The notes: a model not told the origin generated them from the sequence alone. DNA of 64,000 bases from Candidatus Neochristensenella gallicola (GCA_904419735.1 CAJFSR010000003.1:11290-75289); one strand, 5' to 3'; counted from the stretch's first letter, positions 47,615-57,421 are shown. Translations and numbers: made by a program.

Positions 47615-48910
47615 ATGATTTATAAAAAGGAATTAAAACAGAAATATGACGTAGACGTATTTATCGCAGGAGGCGGCCCGGCCGGATTTGCCGCGGCAAC
47701 AGCCTGTGCGCGCCAGGGCAGGAGCGTCTTTCTGGCCGAAAGCCACGGTTCCTTCGGCGGCTCCGGGACTGTAGGCATGGTGCCTGCGTTTATGTGCTTT
47801 GGAGACGGAATTAATTTTCTTGCAGGCGGAATAGGCCGGGAAATCAGGGACGCGCTTTATACTGACAGAAGCAACGATGCTTACGGCTATGCGATACACG
47901 CAGAAACCCTCAAGCGCCTTTATGACGACATGGCTCAAAAAGCGGGTTTTAAATTTTCCTTCTTTACTCATTTAACCGATGTAATATGCACTGACGGAAG
48001 AGTGGAATATGCTGTAATATCATCCAAAAGCGGCATGTATCTTATTCGCGCCAAAGTCTTTATAGACGCAACTGGGGACGGCGACCTCTGCGTATGGGCG
48101 GGCGCTCAATATGCGTTAGGGGATGAGAACCAAAATACTATGCCCGCTACCCTGTGCAGCCTTTGGGCAAATATAGATTATCCCCGGCGGAACGCGCGGG
48201 ATGACAGCCGGCTGGAGGAGGCCATAAATGACCATATTTTTACTCTGGAGGACAGACACCTGCCCGGCATCGCCGACGCGGACACGGCCCGCGGAGTGGG
48301 CGGCGGCAATATCGGTCACTGCTTCAACGTAAATCCCACTGATGAAGCTTCCCTGACACAGGCTATGCTTTGGGGAAGAAAATCCCTACCTGAATATGAA
48401 TACTATTACAACCATTATCTTAAAGGCTTTGAACATGCCGGCATCTGCTCAACTGCTGATATGCTGGGAGTGCGTGAATCACGGAGGATCAAGGGAGATT
48501 ATGAGCTGTGCGCGCAGGATTTCCTGAACAGGGCGGTATTTGATGACGAGATAGGACGGTACTGCTACCCGGTGGATATACATATAATGACCCCAGACAA
48601 GGAGGCCTATGAAGCTGTTCTGGCCGAATACAAGCGCTTCAGCTACGGTCCCGGCGAATCCTACGGCATTCCCTATCGCGCCTTACTGCCTGCCGGCCTC
48701 TCCAACGTGCTGGTAACAGGCAAATGCATAAGCACAGACCGCCAGATGCAGGCTTCGGTAAGAGTTATGCCCGGCTGCTACATAACCGGCCAGGCAGCCG
48801 GAATAGCCGCAGCGCTTGCATGTTCCTGCAACGGCGAAACCCGCAGCATAAATATAAAAGAACTCCAAGCCCGCCTTAAGGACATGGGCGGCTATCTCCC
48901 CAACGCTTGA
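47615..48910 (+). CDS. FAD-dependent oxidoreductase
   Basis: Rossmann dinucleotide motif DVFIAGGGPAGFAAA and a C-terminal GQAAGIAAA segment. Confidence 0.8.
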   Translation: MIYKKELKQKYDVDVFIAGGGPAGFAAATACARQGRSVFLAESHGSFGGSGTVGMVPAFMCFGDGINFLAGGIGREIRDALYTDRSNDAYGYAIHAETLKRLYDDMAQKAGFKFSFFTHLTDVICTDGRVEYAVISSKSGMYLIRAKVFIDATGDGDLCVWAGAQYALGDENQNTMPATLCSLWANIDYPRRNARDDSRLEEAINDHIFTLEDRHLPGIADADTARGVGGGNIGHCFNVNPTDEASLTQAMLWGRKSLPEYEYYYNHYLKGFEHAGICSTADMLGVRESRRIKGDYELCAQDFLNRAVFDDEIGRYCYPVDIHIMTPDKEAYEAVLAEYKRFSYGPGESYGIPYRALLPAGLSNVLVTGKCISTDRQMQASVRVMPGCYITGQAAGIAAALACSCNGETRSINIKELQARLKDMGGYLPNA

Positions 48911-48932
48911 TATTTAAAATTAAAATTATAAG

Positions 48933-49187
48933 TACCCTCAGAAGGCATAAAATTTGTGTCCTGCTGTGCTGCTTTGGCTCCATGTACGCCAGGTACATGT
49001 CGTTTAAGAGCACTTTACCCGGCACAAATTTTATGCCTTCTGACGCTAAGACCTAAAACGGCGAGAATTTCTTCATTTCCAAGACAGACGAAGAAAGCGT
49101 ACCGGGGAGTACGCTGATTGAGGATAACGCGGAAAATGAAGAAATTCTCACGCTTGGAGGAGTGCAGTTACTGGTAAACTGAGGGTA
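48933..49187 (+). repeat. structured 255-bp element, family F copy 1
   Basis: Termini are TACCCTCAG / CTGAGGGTA. There is an 18-bp perfect stem (48941-48958 with 49023-40) around a conserved core (48966-49013), and a second stem of 18-19 bp (49063-80 with 49131-49). Confidence 0.8.
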
Positions 49188-49282
49188 ATAAACGCACAGC
49201 TAATTAACGCGCCCGCCTTAAAGTTCAATGAGTCAGCGTATCAAGCTGTGCGTTTCATTTATTATTTATAATATATCGGAAC

Positions 49283-50050
49283 TCAAGTAACGTAAATCTC
49301 TGCCGCTATACGCAGCCTGCCCTTTTTGCTCTGGCCCAGGCTGCCGCTGTATAAGAACCGGCCCTTGCCGCGCACCGAAACAAGATCGCCCGTCGAAAGC
49401 AGAGCGGCCACATCGCCGCTCAGTCTATGATTGACCTGGACCAGGCCGGACCTGATTAATTCAGCCGAATTGCCGCGCGAAAGCTTGTAAACCGCCGATA
49501 CAACCGCGTCCAGGCGCTCAGAAGGAGCCGTACAGACAATTCTCTCCGTCCTGGGCCTTAATTCCTCTAGTTCCGCCGCGTTTTTGTCCAGCAATTCACA
49601 TCTTATCTGCGTGTTCTTTACTTTATTTAAATTATCCATTACAAAGGAGGCAATCTGCTCCTTTAAAAACATATAAGCGGTATTGTCTTTAATAAATATA
49701 TCGCCTACCACCTGCCTCTTGACACCCAGATTCATAACAGCGCCCATAAAATCCCTGTGCCCCAGCTGCTGTGCAAATTTTTCCTGCGCCGGCCTCAGAC
49801 GGACAACGGCTATGGGAAATTCAGGTTCATATCCCATATCTTCAACGCCGCCAAAGCAAAACAGTTTTCTCTCGCAGCAGTGCGCGCCTCCCCAAAGCAT
49901 ATGGGGTGCTCTTCTGATTGCCTGAATATTTAGGGCCGCCTGCACCTGTTCGGGCGCTAAAAAGTCCGAAAAGGTATATACGCCGGCTTTGTCTGATTTG
50001 GCAGCCAAATCTTCCAGGCGGGAAAGTATTATTTCCTCCTTATCCTCCAT
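49283..50050 (-). CDS. YlmH-like RNA-binding protein with C-terminal S4 domain
   Basis: 255 aa, S4 segment ERLDAVVSAVYKLSRGNSAELIRSGLVQVNH, N-terminal YlmH-type domain. Confidence 0.72.
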   Translation of the reverse strand: MEDKEEIILSRLEDLAAKSDKAGVYTFSDFLAPEQVQAALNIQAIRRAPHMLWGGAHCCERKLFCFGGVEDMGYEPEFPIAVVRLRPAQEKFAQQLGHRDFMGAVMNLGVKRQVVGDIFIKDNTAYMFLKEQIASFVMDNLNKVKNTQIRCELLDKNAAELEELRPRTERIVCTAPSERLDAVVSAVYKLSRGNSAELIRSGLVQVNHRLSGDVAALLSTGDLVSVRGKGRFLYSGSLGQSKKGRLRIAAEIYVT

Positions 50051-50054
50051 AATA

Positions 50055-50684
50055 CTACCGCCCTTTCCGCAGTTTATCCGTTACAAGCCCGTAGACTATT
50101 TCAGAAGTTTCATATTTGGTATTTCCGGCAACGTCCAGCATGATAAAATTTTTATTTTGACCTGCAATTTCTTCAAAACCGCGGTACACCGCCTGGTGAA
50201 ACTCCATACCCTGCATTTCCATGCGGTCACATTCATCCATTCCTCCCTTTCTCTCAAAGGAGAGTCCCGGCTCAATATGGAGGAATATTGTCAAATCAGG
50301 CTGGCAGCCCTGTACGGCTATCTCATTAAGGCTCTGTACAAGCCCTATATTCAGCCCGCGCGCATAGCCTTGATAGGCAATGGTTGAATGTATGAATCTG
50401 TCGCATATAACTATTTTGCCCTTCTCCAGCGCCGGTAATATAACCTCGCTCACATGCTGGGCACGCGCCCCTTCAAACAGCAGAAGCTCTGCCAGAGGCG
50501 AAATCTCGCTTTGGCCGTCCAAAAGCAGGCTGCGCACTCCTTCAGCCAGCTTGCAGCCGCCAGGTTCCCTGGTTAATACCACTTCCAGGCCGTCCTGCTT
50601 AAGCTTCTCGCAGAGCAGCTTTATCTGAGTGCTTTTGCCGCTTCCTTCCGTTCCTTCAAAAGTTATAAAAAAGCCTCTGTTCAT
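50055..50684 (-). CDS. tmk: dTMP (thymidylate) kinase
   Basis: P-loop FITFEGTEGSGKSTQ, DRF motif CDRFIHST and lid region. Confidence 0.93.
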   Translation of the reverse strand: MNRGFFITFEGTEGSGKSTQIKLLCEKLKQDGLEVVLTREPGGCKLAEGVRSLLLDGQSEISPLAELLLFEGARAQHVSEVILPALEKGKIVICDRFIHSTIAYQGYARGLNIGLVQSLNEIAVQGCQPDLTIFLHIEPGLSFERKGGMDECDRMEMQGMEFHQAVYRGFEEIAGQNKNFIMLDVAGNTKYETSEIVYGLVTDKLRKGR

Positions 50685-50744
50685 ACCTTACACACCTTTA
50701 ATTCTTTCTTAATCACCGCAGAATTATTGCCGCCCGCAATCTTC

Positions 50745-52091
50745 CTATACATCCTCGCATATTAAAACGCAGCCGTCCTTCACGCCAAAGAGCTCCTGAC
50801 CGCTCTTATACGCGCCCAGTATATAATCCAGCGTATTCTTTTCTATTCTCTCGCCGCTTTCCGCCGCAGGCACGCCCGGCGGATAAGCCCCAAAGGCCCG
50901 CGCGCATACCTTCCCCAGCGCATTGTCAAGCGGTACATATCTATGCCGGGAAAGGAAAACCGCCTGCCGCGGAGAAAGCACCCTCTCAGGCAGTTCTGAA
51001 GGCATTTCCGGAATAATGGAAAATGGCTGCGCCTCTAAATGCGTCAGCGCATTATACAAGCGTTCCAATTTCTGTTTGCCGTCTTTATGCGTTAAAATAA
51101 ATATGATTGCATATTCGTCCGCACATTCCGGATAAATCCCCATTTCTTCAAGCTGTCTGGCCGCACTCAGGCCGCTGAGCACCGGCGCGGTCAGTACGCA
51201 CAGCCGGGTTATGTCCTGCCGTTCCCCATCCATAAGCCGTATACCGGCCTTCCTGAGTTTACTGCGAAGCTCTTTTATGCGTGTCAGGACTTCTTCTTTA
51301 TCAATGTTTTCCAATTCATCCCGCGCTAAATCCATGCTGGCCATAATGAGATAGCTTGGACTGGAGGTGCCCAGCATTGCCAGCAGCATGGACAGCTCAT
51401 TTTCAAAGCGCGCATTCCCTATATTCAGCAGCGCAGCCTGGGTCAGTGCTCCCATGGTTTTATGCATGGACTGCACCCACATGTCTGCACCCGCTTCAGC
51501 CGCCCCCTCAAAGCCGTAATAGGGAAAATGCGCTCCGTGCGCTTCATCTACAAGCAGCAGCATGCCGTTTTTCTCAGCAAGCCGTCCAATCTCCTTAAGC
51601 GGCGCGCAGCGTCCGCAGTAATCGGGCGAAGTCAAAAATATTCCCTTTGCCTCCGGATGTTCCGCTATGCACCGCTCAACCTCTTCAACGTCAGGCTGTT
51701 CCAGCCGTCCTTCCTTTATACGCGGCTGTATATAAACAGGCAGTGCTCCGGAAAATGCCAGAGCGTCCCCGGCGCTGCGGTGGGAATTCCGGCTCATAAT
51801 AACCTTATCCCCTTCTTTAAGCGCCGCGCACAGCATAGCCCGCACCCCCTGGCTGGAGCCGCCCGTAAGCATATAGCTCCTGCGAGCGCCTACCGCACCG
51901 GCCATCAGCTCCTGTGCCTGTTTTATTACGCCCTGGGGAGCATAAAGATTATCGCTGAAGGAAAGCTCTGTTATATCATATTTAAAGCAGTCCATCTCCC
52001 CCCGGCCCTTATGCCCCGGCATATGAAAGCGCGCGCAGTCCTTCTCTGCATATTTTTTAAGCATATCAAAAAGAGGAGTCTCCGGTTTCAT
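50745..52091 (-). CDS. PLP-dependent Orn/Lys/Arg decarboxylase family protein (YaaO-like)
   Basis: FHMPGHKG N-terminal motif and PLP-lysine context SMHKT. Its position upstream of tmk matches what I recall for Bacillus yaaO-tmk. Confidence 0.82.
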   Translation of the reverse strand: MKPETPLFDMLKKYAEKDCARFHMPGHKGRGEMDCFKYDITELSFSDNLYAPQGVIKQAQELMAGAVGARRSYMLTGGSSQGVRAMLCAALKEGDKVIMSRNSHRSAGDALAFSGALPVYIQPRIKEGRLEQPDVEEVERCIAEHPEAKGIFLTSPDYCGRCAPLKEIGRLAEKNGMLLLVDEAHGAHFPYYGFEGAAEAGADMWVQSMHKTMGALTQAALLNIGNARFENELSMLLAMLGTSSPSYLIMASMDLARDELENIDKEEVLTRIKELRSKLRKAGIRLMDGERQDITRLCVLTAPVLSGLSAARQLEEMGIYPECADEYAIIFILTHKDGKQKLERLYNALTHLEAQPFSIIPEMPSELPERVLSPRQAVFLSRHRYVPLDNALGKVCARAFGAYPPGVPAAESGERIEKNTLDYILGAYKSGQELFGVKDGCVLICEDV

Positions 52092-52232
52092 TATAAACCC
52101 CCATATATCGTCATTTTATTGTAAATAATATTTTGAAATTTATCAAGCTGTTTTTACACAGTATTATTTTGCAGGATATTTGCATATCATCTTGCATTTT
52201 TTAAATTGTTAACTTTTTGTTCATTTTAAAAA

Positions 52233-52248
52233 CAAGCGATATCGCTTG
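52233..52248. promoter_or_regulatory. 16-bp perfect palindrome overlapping the -35 box of the pckA promoter (candidate operator)
   Basis: CAAGCGATATCGCTTG; its last 3 nt begin the TTGACA box at 52246-52251. Confidence 0.45.
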
Positions 52249-52371
52249 ACAACAATGCCGGAAATATAGTATGCTTTAGAAAAATGGGGAAAGATGGCCG
52301 GTAAAATGCCGGCTAAAAATCTGTTCCCCAAAAAAATTTATTAAAATGAATTATGAAAGGGGATTTCTTGC

Positions 52372-53946
52372 ATGAATACTTACGGACTTGAAAAGCTCGG
52401 AATCATCGCTCCCAAAGCGGTCTATCGCAATCTGTCTGTTCCGGCTCTGGTAGAAAAGGCTCTCCAGGCTAATGAGGGAACCTTAAGCGAAACAGGCGCG
52501 CTTGTTGTTAATACCGGTAAATATACCGGCCGTTCTCCCGACGATAAATTTGTTGTGGACTATCCTTCCATACACGATGAAATTGCCTGGGGCAAGGTAA
52601 ACGTTCCCATGGCTCCCGAAACCTTTGACAAGATATACAACAAAATGACCGCATATCTTCAGGGCCGGGATATCTATATTTTTGACGGCTTTGCAGGCGC
52701 TGATCCCAAATACACCCAGCGTTTCCGCATAATTAACGAGCTGGCTTCCCAGAATCTGTTTATACATCAGCTTCTCATCCGTCCTGAAAAGGAGCAGCTT
52801 GAGAACTTTGAGCCTGACTTTACCATTATCGCCGCACCCGGATTTAAATGCATTCCTGAAATAGACGGCACAAACAGCGAAGCTGCTATTATCGTTTCCT
52901 TTGAAAAGAAAATGGTTATAATTGCCGGCTCCCAGTATTCGGGCGAAATCAAAAAGAGCGTTTTCTCAGTTATGAATTATCTGCTCCCCAAAAACGGCGT
53001 ATTCCCCATGCACTGCTCCGCCAATATTGGAGCGGACGGAGACACAGCCCTCTTCTTTGGGCTCTCGGGCACCGGCAAAACCACCCTCAGCGCTGATCCT
53101 GAGCGTATGCTTATAGGAGACGACGAGCACGGCTGGTCGGATAACGGCGTATTTAACTTTGAAGGCGGCTGCTATGCAAAGTGCATCAACCTTTCCAAGG
53201 AGAATGAACCCCAGATATGGAACGCCATCAAATTCGGCGCTCTGGTCGAGAACGTCGTTATGGATCCCGAAACCAGGGTATTTGATTTCAATGACGGCAG
53301 CCTGACCGAAAATACCCGCGTAGGTTATCCTGTTGAATTTATTCCCAACGCTGCAATACCCGGCGTAGGCGGACAGCCCAAAACAGTTGTTTTCCTTACT
53401 GCCGACGCTTTCGGCGTACTCCCCCCCATCGCCAAGCTGGATAAAGACATGGCCATGTTCCACTTTGTATCGGGCTATACCTCAAAGCTGGCCGGCACCG
53501 AGCGCGGAATTACCGAGCCCCAGGCTACCTTCTCCACCTGCTTCGGCGCTCCCTTCCTTCCCCTGGATCCGAGCGTTTACGCTGAAATGCTGGGCGAAAA
53601 GGTTGCTCAGAGCAACGCAAATGTATATCTTATCAATACCGGCTGGTCGGGCGGAAGCTACGGCGTAGGCAAGCGCATGAGCCTTAAATATACCCGTGCG
53701 ATGGTAACTGCTGCCCTTACCGGCGCTCTGGACAACGTAAAATTTGAGCTTGACCCAATCTTCAACGTATATGTGCCCACCGAGTGCCCCAACGTACCCG
53801 CCGAAATACTCAATCCCAAGAATACATGGGCTGATAAGGCGGAATATGATAAGACCGCTAAAATGCTGGCAGCGCGCTTTACCGAAAACTTCAAGAAATA
53901 CACCCATATGCCTGAAAACATCGTTAAAGCCGGCCCCAAAGCATAA
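52372..53946 (+). CDS. pckA: phosphoenolpyruvate carboxykinase (ATP)
   Basis: Kinase-1a [15 protein letters not shown] and NTGWSGG motifs, 524 aa. Confidence 0.96.
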   Translation: MNTYGLEKLGIIAPKAVYRNLSVPALVEKALQANEGTLSETGALVVNTGKYTGRSPDDKFVVDYPSIHDEIAWGKVNVPMAPETFDKIYNKMTAYLQGRDIYIFDGFAGADPKYTQRFRIINELASQNLFIHQLLIRPEKEQLENFEPDFTIIAAPGFKCIPEIDGTNSEAAIIVSFEKKMVIIAGSQYSGEIKKSVFSVMNYLLPKNGVFPMHCSANIGADGDTALFFGLSGTGKTTLSADPERMLIGDDEHGWSDNGVFNFEGGCYAKCINLSKENEPQIWNAIKFGALVENVVMDPETRVFDFNDGSLTENTRVGYPVEFIPNAAIPGVGGQPKTVVFLTADAFGVLPPIAKLDKDMAMFHFVSGYTSKLAGTERGITEPQATFSTCFGAPFLPLDPSVYAEMLGEKVAQSNANVYLINTGWSGGSYGVGKRMSLKYTRAMVTAALTGALDNVKFELDPIFNVYVPTECPNVPAEILNPKNTWADKAEYDKTAKMLAARFTENFKKYTHMPENIVKAGPKA

Positions 53947-53965
53947 AAATTTGATCAACCTTTAA

Positions 53966-53991
53966 AGAGCGCCTTACGGCGCTCTTTTTTA
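53966..53991 (+). terminator. pckA intrinsic terminator
   Basis: AGAGCGCC-TTAC-GGCGCTCT followed by TTTTTT. Confidence 0.88.
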
Positions 53992-54117
53992 ATAAAGTCT
54001 CTCCCTTTTATCCCACATAAAAAATTAATATATCTCCATTTTTAAACGATATGGATATTGCAGGCACTGTTTTGTTATAATGCTGTCAGTATAATTATTC
54101 AGAAAGGGAGGCCCTAT

Positions 54118-55608
54118 ATGAAATTATTAAAACTTTGCACCGCCGCCCTTATGGCTATTTTTATTATAGCTATGTCGGGATGCGGACAGGAGGCCGGTTC
54201 AGGCACGGAAGCAACGCCTTCCCCCACCTTCAGTACAGACACGCAGGATAACCAGCAAACTTCCAGCTATCTGCGTCCGCGCGGAGATTTAAAAAATGCC
54301 ATAAAGCAGGGAGAAACCTACAATTATCTTGTATGGTCAGTAGGCGATACGTCAAATCCATTTGAACATGAAACAGAAGTAAACAGAGTGGGCTGGACAG
54401 AACGCAAAGCCACTTTAGAAAGCAATTACGGAATAACCATAAACTATGTTCAGCCCACCACTAACTGGTGGCAGGACGCCTGCGCCAGCGCATACGCAGG
54501 CAATCCCTCGGTTGACTTTATGCATTGCGGAGGGCCTCTTACAGTATTGCCTATGTATGCCTATAACGGAACGGAGGCAAGCGTAGTTCTGCCGCTGAGC
54601 GATTACGCGGAATACGCTGATTTCAGTGATAATAACTGGTGGAACCAGGAGATTCAGGAATCAAACACAACTTTTAACAGCAAGCTTTATTTTGCGGTGC
54701 CTCAAAGCACCGGCATAGGCCAGGTATCATTTAACCAGATAGTGCTTTTCAATAAAGAGCTGCTCGAAAGGAACGGCTATCCGGCAGAAACTCTCTATGA
54801 ATGGAATGAAAACGGTGAATGGACATGGGATAAGTTCAGAGAAGTTGCTATCGCCTGCACGGATACCGACAACGCAATTTACGGAATAGCCCCCGCATAT
54901 CAGAATGCTCTTATCTGGTCGCTTGCCGCATCCAACGGAGCCGCCTTTATAACCCAGGTGGAAAACGGCGGCACTTCCTATTTTGAATTTACAGGAAACT
55001 CAAATGAAATGCTGGAAGCTTGGGACTTCCTAATTCAGCTCGGAAAAGACGGAGTACTCTACCGCGATCAGGGCTTTACCGCGGACAGCGAAACCTTTTT
55101 AACAGGCAAAACCGCCATGATGACCACATACGTTAACCGCACGTCTCAGCTGGTTACTTCGGGCGACTATCCAGAATACGGCATTCTGATGCCTCCTAAG
55201 GCGCCGGGAGCCGAAGATTATGTCTCGGATGTAAACTGGTTTGACCCCTACTGCGTGTTTAAAGGAACGGCTAACCCTGAGGGAACGGTGCAGCTTTTAG
55301 GCGATTACTGCTGCCCGCTGTATTCTTTGGAAGACGAGCGCAACGAGGCCGCGTTTGAAGCGGAACTGCTCAGCCTTACTTCGGACGAGGGCTCACAATG
55401 GACTCTTAGGAATATTGCCTCAAAGAGTTCTCCTCAAAGCTATTTTATGTTCTCTAACCTTACCTTCCCGGACGGCTCAAATTTCATCAACAAAATTACC
55501 GAGCAATGGATAACCTTTGTTGACGGCCAGCAGACTCCAGCCGCCTATTTTGATTCAATAACTGACAGCGTGAATTCGCTGCTGCGGGAGGCTCAGGGCT
55601 TAAAATAG
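54118..55608 (+). CDS. extracellular solute-binding lipoprotein (ABC-type, sugar-family-like), orphan
   Basis: Signal peptide plus lipobox MKLLKLCTAALMAIFIIAMSGC and about 480 aa of aromatic-rich SBP-like mature region. There are no adjacent permease or ATPase genes. GGGAGG RBS; the ORF track starts at 54058. Confidence 0.7.
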   Translation: MKLLKLCTAALMAIFIIAMSGCGQEAGSGTEATPSPTFSTDTQDNQQTSSYLRPRGDLKNAIKQGETYNYLVWSVGDTSNPFEHETEVNRVGWTERKATLESNYGITINYVQPTTNWWQDACASAYAGNPSVDFMHCGGPLTVLPMYAYNGTEASVVLPLSDYAEYADFSDNNWWNQEIQESNTTFNSKLYFAVPQSTGIGQVSFNQIVLFNKELLERNGYPAETLYEWNENGEWTWDKFREVAIACTDTDNAIYGIAPAYQNALIWSLAASNGAAFITQVENGGTSYFEFTGNSNEMLEAWDFLIQLGKDGVLYRDQGFTADSETFLTGKTAMMTTYVNRTSQLVTSGDYPEYGILMPPKAPGAEDYVSDVNWFDPYCVFKGTANPEGTVQLLGDYCCPLYSLEDERNEAAFEAELLSLTSDEGSQWTLRNIASKSSPQSYFMFSNLTFPDGSNFINKITEQWITFVDGQQTPAAYFDSITDSVNSLLREAQGLK

Positions 55609-55670
55609 CTTATATGCTTTTCAAATTTCCAGTCAGTTTCTTGCAGACTGACCAGGCTAATAAAGGATTT

Positions 55671-55804
55671 TAGCCCCATAAGCAGTAACCGCGGCGCCGG
55701 GGGCGTTTAGCAGGCTTACGCCTGCTCGGCTGGGCCCGTAGGCCCAGCCCGGCGGCCGAAGGCCGCAAACGCCCCCGGCGCCGCGGTTACTGCTCATGGG
55801 GCTA
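55671..55804. repeat. GC-rich nested-palindrome element, copy E (38-bp arms, one mismatch)
   Basis: TAGCCCCATAAGCAGTAACCGCGGCGCCGGGGGCGTTT pairs with the reverse complement of 55767-55804, with a single A/C mismatch. Inner hairpins are AGCAGGC-TTAC-GCCTGCT, GCTGGGCC-CGTA-GGCCCAGC and GCGGCC-GAA-GGCCGC. Confidence 0.9.
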
Positions 55805-55835
55805 TTCTTTATAACACATTAAGATCCCATATATC

Positions 55836-55872
55836 ATAAAAAAGCGGATTCTCAGCTAATTTGAAAATCCGC
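55836..55872 (-). terminator. intrinsic terminator of the DUF3794/LysM gene
   Basis: On the minus strand: GCGGAUU-N15-AAUCCGC followed by UUUUUU. Confidence 0.8.
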
Positions 55873-55894
55873 CCTTTATAAGCTTCAAAATATA

Positions 55895-57421
55895 TCAAAC
55901 CTTTATCTGCTTATAAACTATAAGCCTTGTGCCTGCCGGTGGGTCGTCAGAAATATCAGGATTAACCGCCTTCAAATCCTCTACGCCCACACCCAGCTCA
56001 CGGCCCACGCTCCAGAGCGTATCGCCGGGCTGCATAATATAGATGCATATTCCGTAGCCATCCGGCCTGATTTCGCCGGAATCCTCAGCGGACAGCAGCA
56101 CGCTGGCTTTTTTGCTTTCAAATCCCGTCAAATCCACCATGATCCCAAAACGGATTTCACATTCACTGGAGCCAATCAGCGCTGACACCATCTGTTCAAC
56201 GGCAGTATTGACGTATATCTCCATGCCTGAGCGGATATCAGGATTGTCAAATATCATTTCAAAATTTATAATCTGGTCAAAGGAGCTTAATTCCCCTGTA
56301 CCTGACGCTATATATATAACATATACCCTTGCCGCCATGTTGAGCAGCGCCCGCCCGTCCATAGCGGTAACATTCTGGGCATAGGGCTGCGCCAATACTG
56401 CCGAAATCCTCGCCATAGGAGGCATGCCCTTAGGCAGCGTAGCCGCCACTCTCGCCGCAAGATTTGCCTGGGCCTGAACAGCGCATCTTTTATACTCAAT
56501 CTCCTTCTGCACAAGGGCTAACTCGCTCTGGGTAGAATATGCATCCATTATAAGATTGACGCTCTTTTGGCTGCACGCGCCGGCGCAGGCGTTAATCAGA
56601 CACTCGCAGGTCAAAATGCGGTACTCGCCCTGCTGATTTGTTTCTATCTGAATGCTGCATTCCTCTGCCATAGCGCAGACCTCTGCTTCCATGCCAGCAC
56701 GCACCGGCGCCTCTATGACTCTGCTGAAGGGAATCTTATCCGCAACCTGCGCTATGGGCTCGTATTCATCCTCGCAGTCATATGTAATCCTAAGCACTAT
56801 ATCTCCTTCAAATAATATCTCGCCGTCCTCGCACCGGGCTTCGCTGACTAATGCGCTGGCCTGAGTGCAAAGCACCCTTTTAACTTCAGGCATCCTTACC
56901 GAAAGTTCAATATCCTCCTTAACGCTGAAGCGGGAATAAAATACGCCTTCATTTACCGTGCTCTCCACATCAGCGGACAGCACATGTACGTTTTCATCCT
57001 GGATTTCAGAGACTGCGCTGATATCCTCGGCCGTTATGGTCATTATGCGCAGAAGCAGTTCTACGTCAAAAACCACGCTGCCGCCCTGAATGGACGCGGT
57101 ATAGTCTTTAACTACAGGGCAAACCTTAATTGTGGCCTTTGGACTCAGCCCCGGAAGCTTTGCCGCATAATCAAATGCCTGGCTTCCGTTTACCCTCAAA
57201 AGAGTGTCCTCCTGCGAAACAACCGCGCAGCCCCGCACGGTTCCTTCCAGGATGCCTTCAGAAGCAAGAGCCTCGCATCTTCCCATGCTTACTTCAACAT
57301 CCGCTCCCAGTAAAACGGCTTGGGCGTCCGTGCCCGGCAACTGAGCAATTATCCGCACGCTCCGCGTGAACTCCGCAGCGGCGACCTCATCATAACGTAA
57401 CTGTTCCATGGTAATATCCAT
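55895..57421 (-). CDS. DUF3794 (SPOCS-like) repeat protein with C-terminal LysM domain (sporulation-associated type)
   Basis: C-terminal LysM YIMQPGDTLWSVGRELGVGVEDLKAVNP. The long N-terminal region resembles the DUF3794 repeats seen in spore-coat assembly proteins; that assignment is from memory. Confidence 0.68.
   Translation of the reverse strand: MDITMEQLRYDEVAAAEFTRSVRIIAQLPGTDAQAVLLGADVEVSMGRCEALASEGILEGTVRGCAVVSQEDTLLRVNGSQAFDYAAKLPGLSPKATIKVCPVVKDYTASIQGGSVVFDVELLLRIMTITAEDISAVSEIQDENVHVLSADVESTVNEGVFYSRFSVKEDIELSVRMPEVKRVLCTQASALVSEARCEDGEILFEGDIVLRITYDCEDEYEPIAQVADKIPFSRVIEAPVRAGMEAEVCAMAEECSIQIETNQQGEYRILTCECLINACAGACSQKSVNLIMDAYSTQSELALVQKEIEYKRCAVQAQANLAARVAATLPKGMPPMARISAVLAQPYAQNVTAMDGRALLNMAARVYVIYIASGTGELSSFDQIINFEMIFDNPDIRSGMEIYVNTAVEQMVSALIGSSECEIRFGIMVDLTGFESKKASVLLSAEDSGEIRPDGYGICIYIMQPGDTLWSVGRELGVGVEDLKAVNPDISDDPPAGTRLIVYKQIKV

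Noticed and set aside
49100-49140. CTGATTGAGG ... GGAAAA in family-F copy 1 resembles the hammerhead ribozyme core (CUGAUGA ... GAAA).
   Set aside because: The core is CUGAUUGA, not CUGAUGA. The flanking helices do not give the required stem II/III geometry, and the segment is not conserved in copy 2.
52233-52248. Calling the pckA palindrome a CcpA cre site.
   Set aside because: The half-sites are cre-like, but the spacing is 16 bp rather than the 14-bp TGWAANCGNTNWCA core. I therefore list it only as an unassigned operator candidate.
16408-55804. Possibility that the GC-rich repeats are a CRISPR array or integron attC sites.
   Set aside because: The copies are 5-16 kb apart and separated by housekeeping genes, so this is not a repeat-spacer array, and no cas genes are present. 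attC sites are single bulged hairpins with RYYYAAC/GTTRRRY cores. Neither core is present, and no intI gene or cassette organisation is seen.
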